Shown here: positions 63,523 to 64,000 of the stretch, one piece after another | How the letters are laid out: every line of letters begins with the position of its first letter | Numbering within the stretch: position 1 is the first letter of the stretch | Origin: an uncultured Rivularia sp. | GTDB taxonomy: Bacteria; Cyanobacteriota; Cyanobacteriia; Cyanobacteriales; Nostocaceae | Direction of reading: 5' to 3' | DNA: 64,000 nucleotides | Assembly: GCA_963665115.1 (NCBI GenBank) | Contig: OY762007.1 | Span: 8,032,001 to 8,096,000 of the forward strand | Translations under genes and position numbers: made by a program | Notes under the pieces: model-generated | Told to the model about the DNA's origin: nothing | Databases searched by the model: none | The model's input: the letters and a program-made list of their open reading frames with translations, nothing else

Positions 63523-64000
63523 ATGGCAGTTTTTCGCGCACCTAGCTCTTTCGGTACTTCAAATAAAGACACTTTCTATGGAGATAATGCTGGGAATGTT
63601 TTCTTTGCGAGTGATGAGGATGATCTGCTGTTTGGTAGAGGAGAAATAGATTGGCTATTTGGTGACAATGGAGATGACATCATCTACGGAGATAGCGGTA
63701 ACGATAATCTTTATGGTGATTCTGCTCATAACACCAGTGCTACTGGGAATGACACCATTATTGGTGGTAGCGGTAAAGATAATATCTTTGGTCAAAATGG
63801 TGATGATGTCCTTTATGGCGATAGTTTCCTTCTTAGCAATCAGGATTGGGGCGATAGTGACAAAATTTATGGTGGTGCAGGAAACGACATTATCTATGGT
63901 GGTGGTGGAAATGACACCATAAAAGGTGGGAACGGTAACGATACTTTAGTTGGTGGTTCGGCAACTACCGCAGATGCACTGACAGGGGGAGCAGGAGCAG
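63523..64000 (+). CDS. RTX-type calcium-binding protein, 5' part (runs off window end)
   Basis: GGAGG RBS; MAVFRAPSSFGTSNKDTFYG...GDNGDDIIYGDSGNDNLYG...GGAGNDIIYGGGGNDTIKGGNGNDTLVGG nonapeptide repeats. Confidence 0.9.
   Translation, partial: MAVFRAPSSFGTSNKDTFYGDNAGNVFFASDEDDLLFGRGEIDWLFGDNGDDIIYGDSGNDNLYGDSAHNTSATGNDTIIGGSGKDNIFGQNGDDVLYGDSFLLSNQDWGDSDKIYGGAGNDIIYGGGGNDTIKGGNGNDTLVGGSATTADALTGGAGA

Noticed and set aside
63296..63922. ORF-track entries 63296-63649 and 63659-63922
   Set aside because: Off-frame shadows; the real frame starts at ATG 63523 with GGAGG RBS and RTX repeats

Overview
Chromosomal window of a filamentous, probably heterocyst-forming cyanobacterium (Nostocales, Rivularia/Calothrix-like). 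The taxonomy is inferred from about 20 HIP1 GCGATCGC sites, heptameric STRR tracts, prk, CpcD-domain petH and a CAAD protein. Housekeeping genes (trmL, gshA, pcrA, metK, prk, petH, hom, aas, pdhC) alternate with accessory blocks. Main observations: (1) two copies of a sigma-70-like + DUF1822 gene pair, one followed by a membrane-spanning CHAT(caspase-like)-STAND NTPase-WD40 receptor. A bipartite motif, TTGYRTAAAR-N16-GAT, lies at fixed spacing upstream of both sigma genes, the CHAT gene and a divergent RTX gene, suggesting a protease/anti-sigma/sigma signalling cascade. (2) An operon of a divergent ProA paralog, a divergent GCS2-family ligase and an aldehyde reductase, a candidate carboxylate-reducing pathway. 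(3) A tandem array of about six 105-135 bp cassettes, each with about 30-bp terminal inverted repeats around different REP-like hairpins, plus several other TIR shells carrying interchangeable hairpin cargo. (4) A secreted trypsin-PPC / COP23 / double-trypsin-TPR operon. (5) An Lrp-linked redox operon and a decayed YoeB toxin. Five single-base +1 frameshifts, three in essential genes, are most likely sequencing errors. No rRNA, tRNA, CRISPR array or transposase was recognised. All family assignments come from motif recognition by eye, not from database searches.
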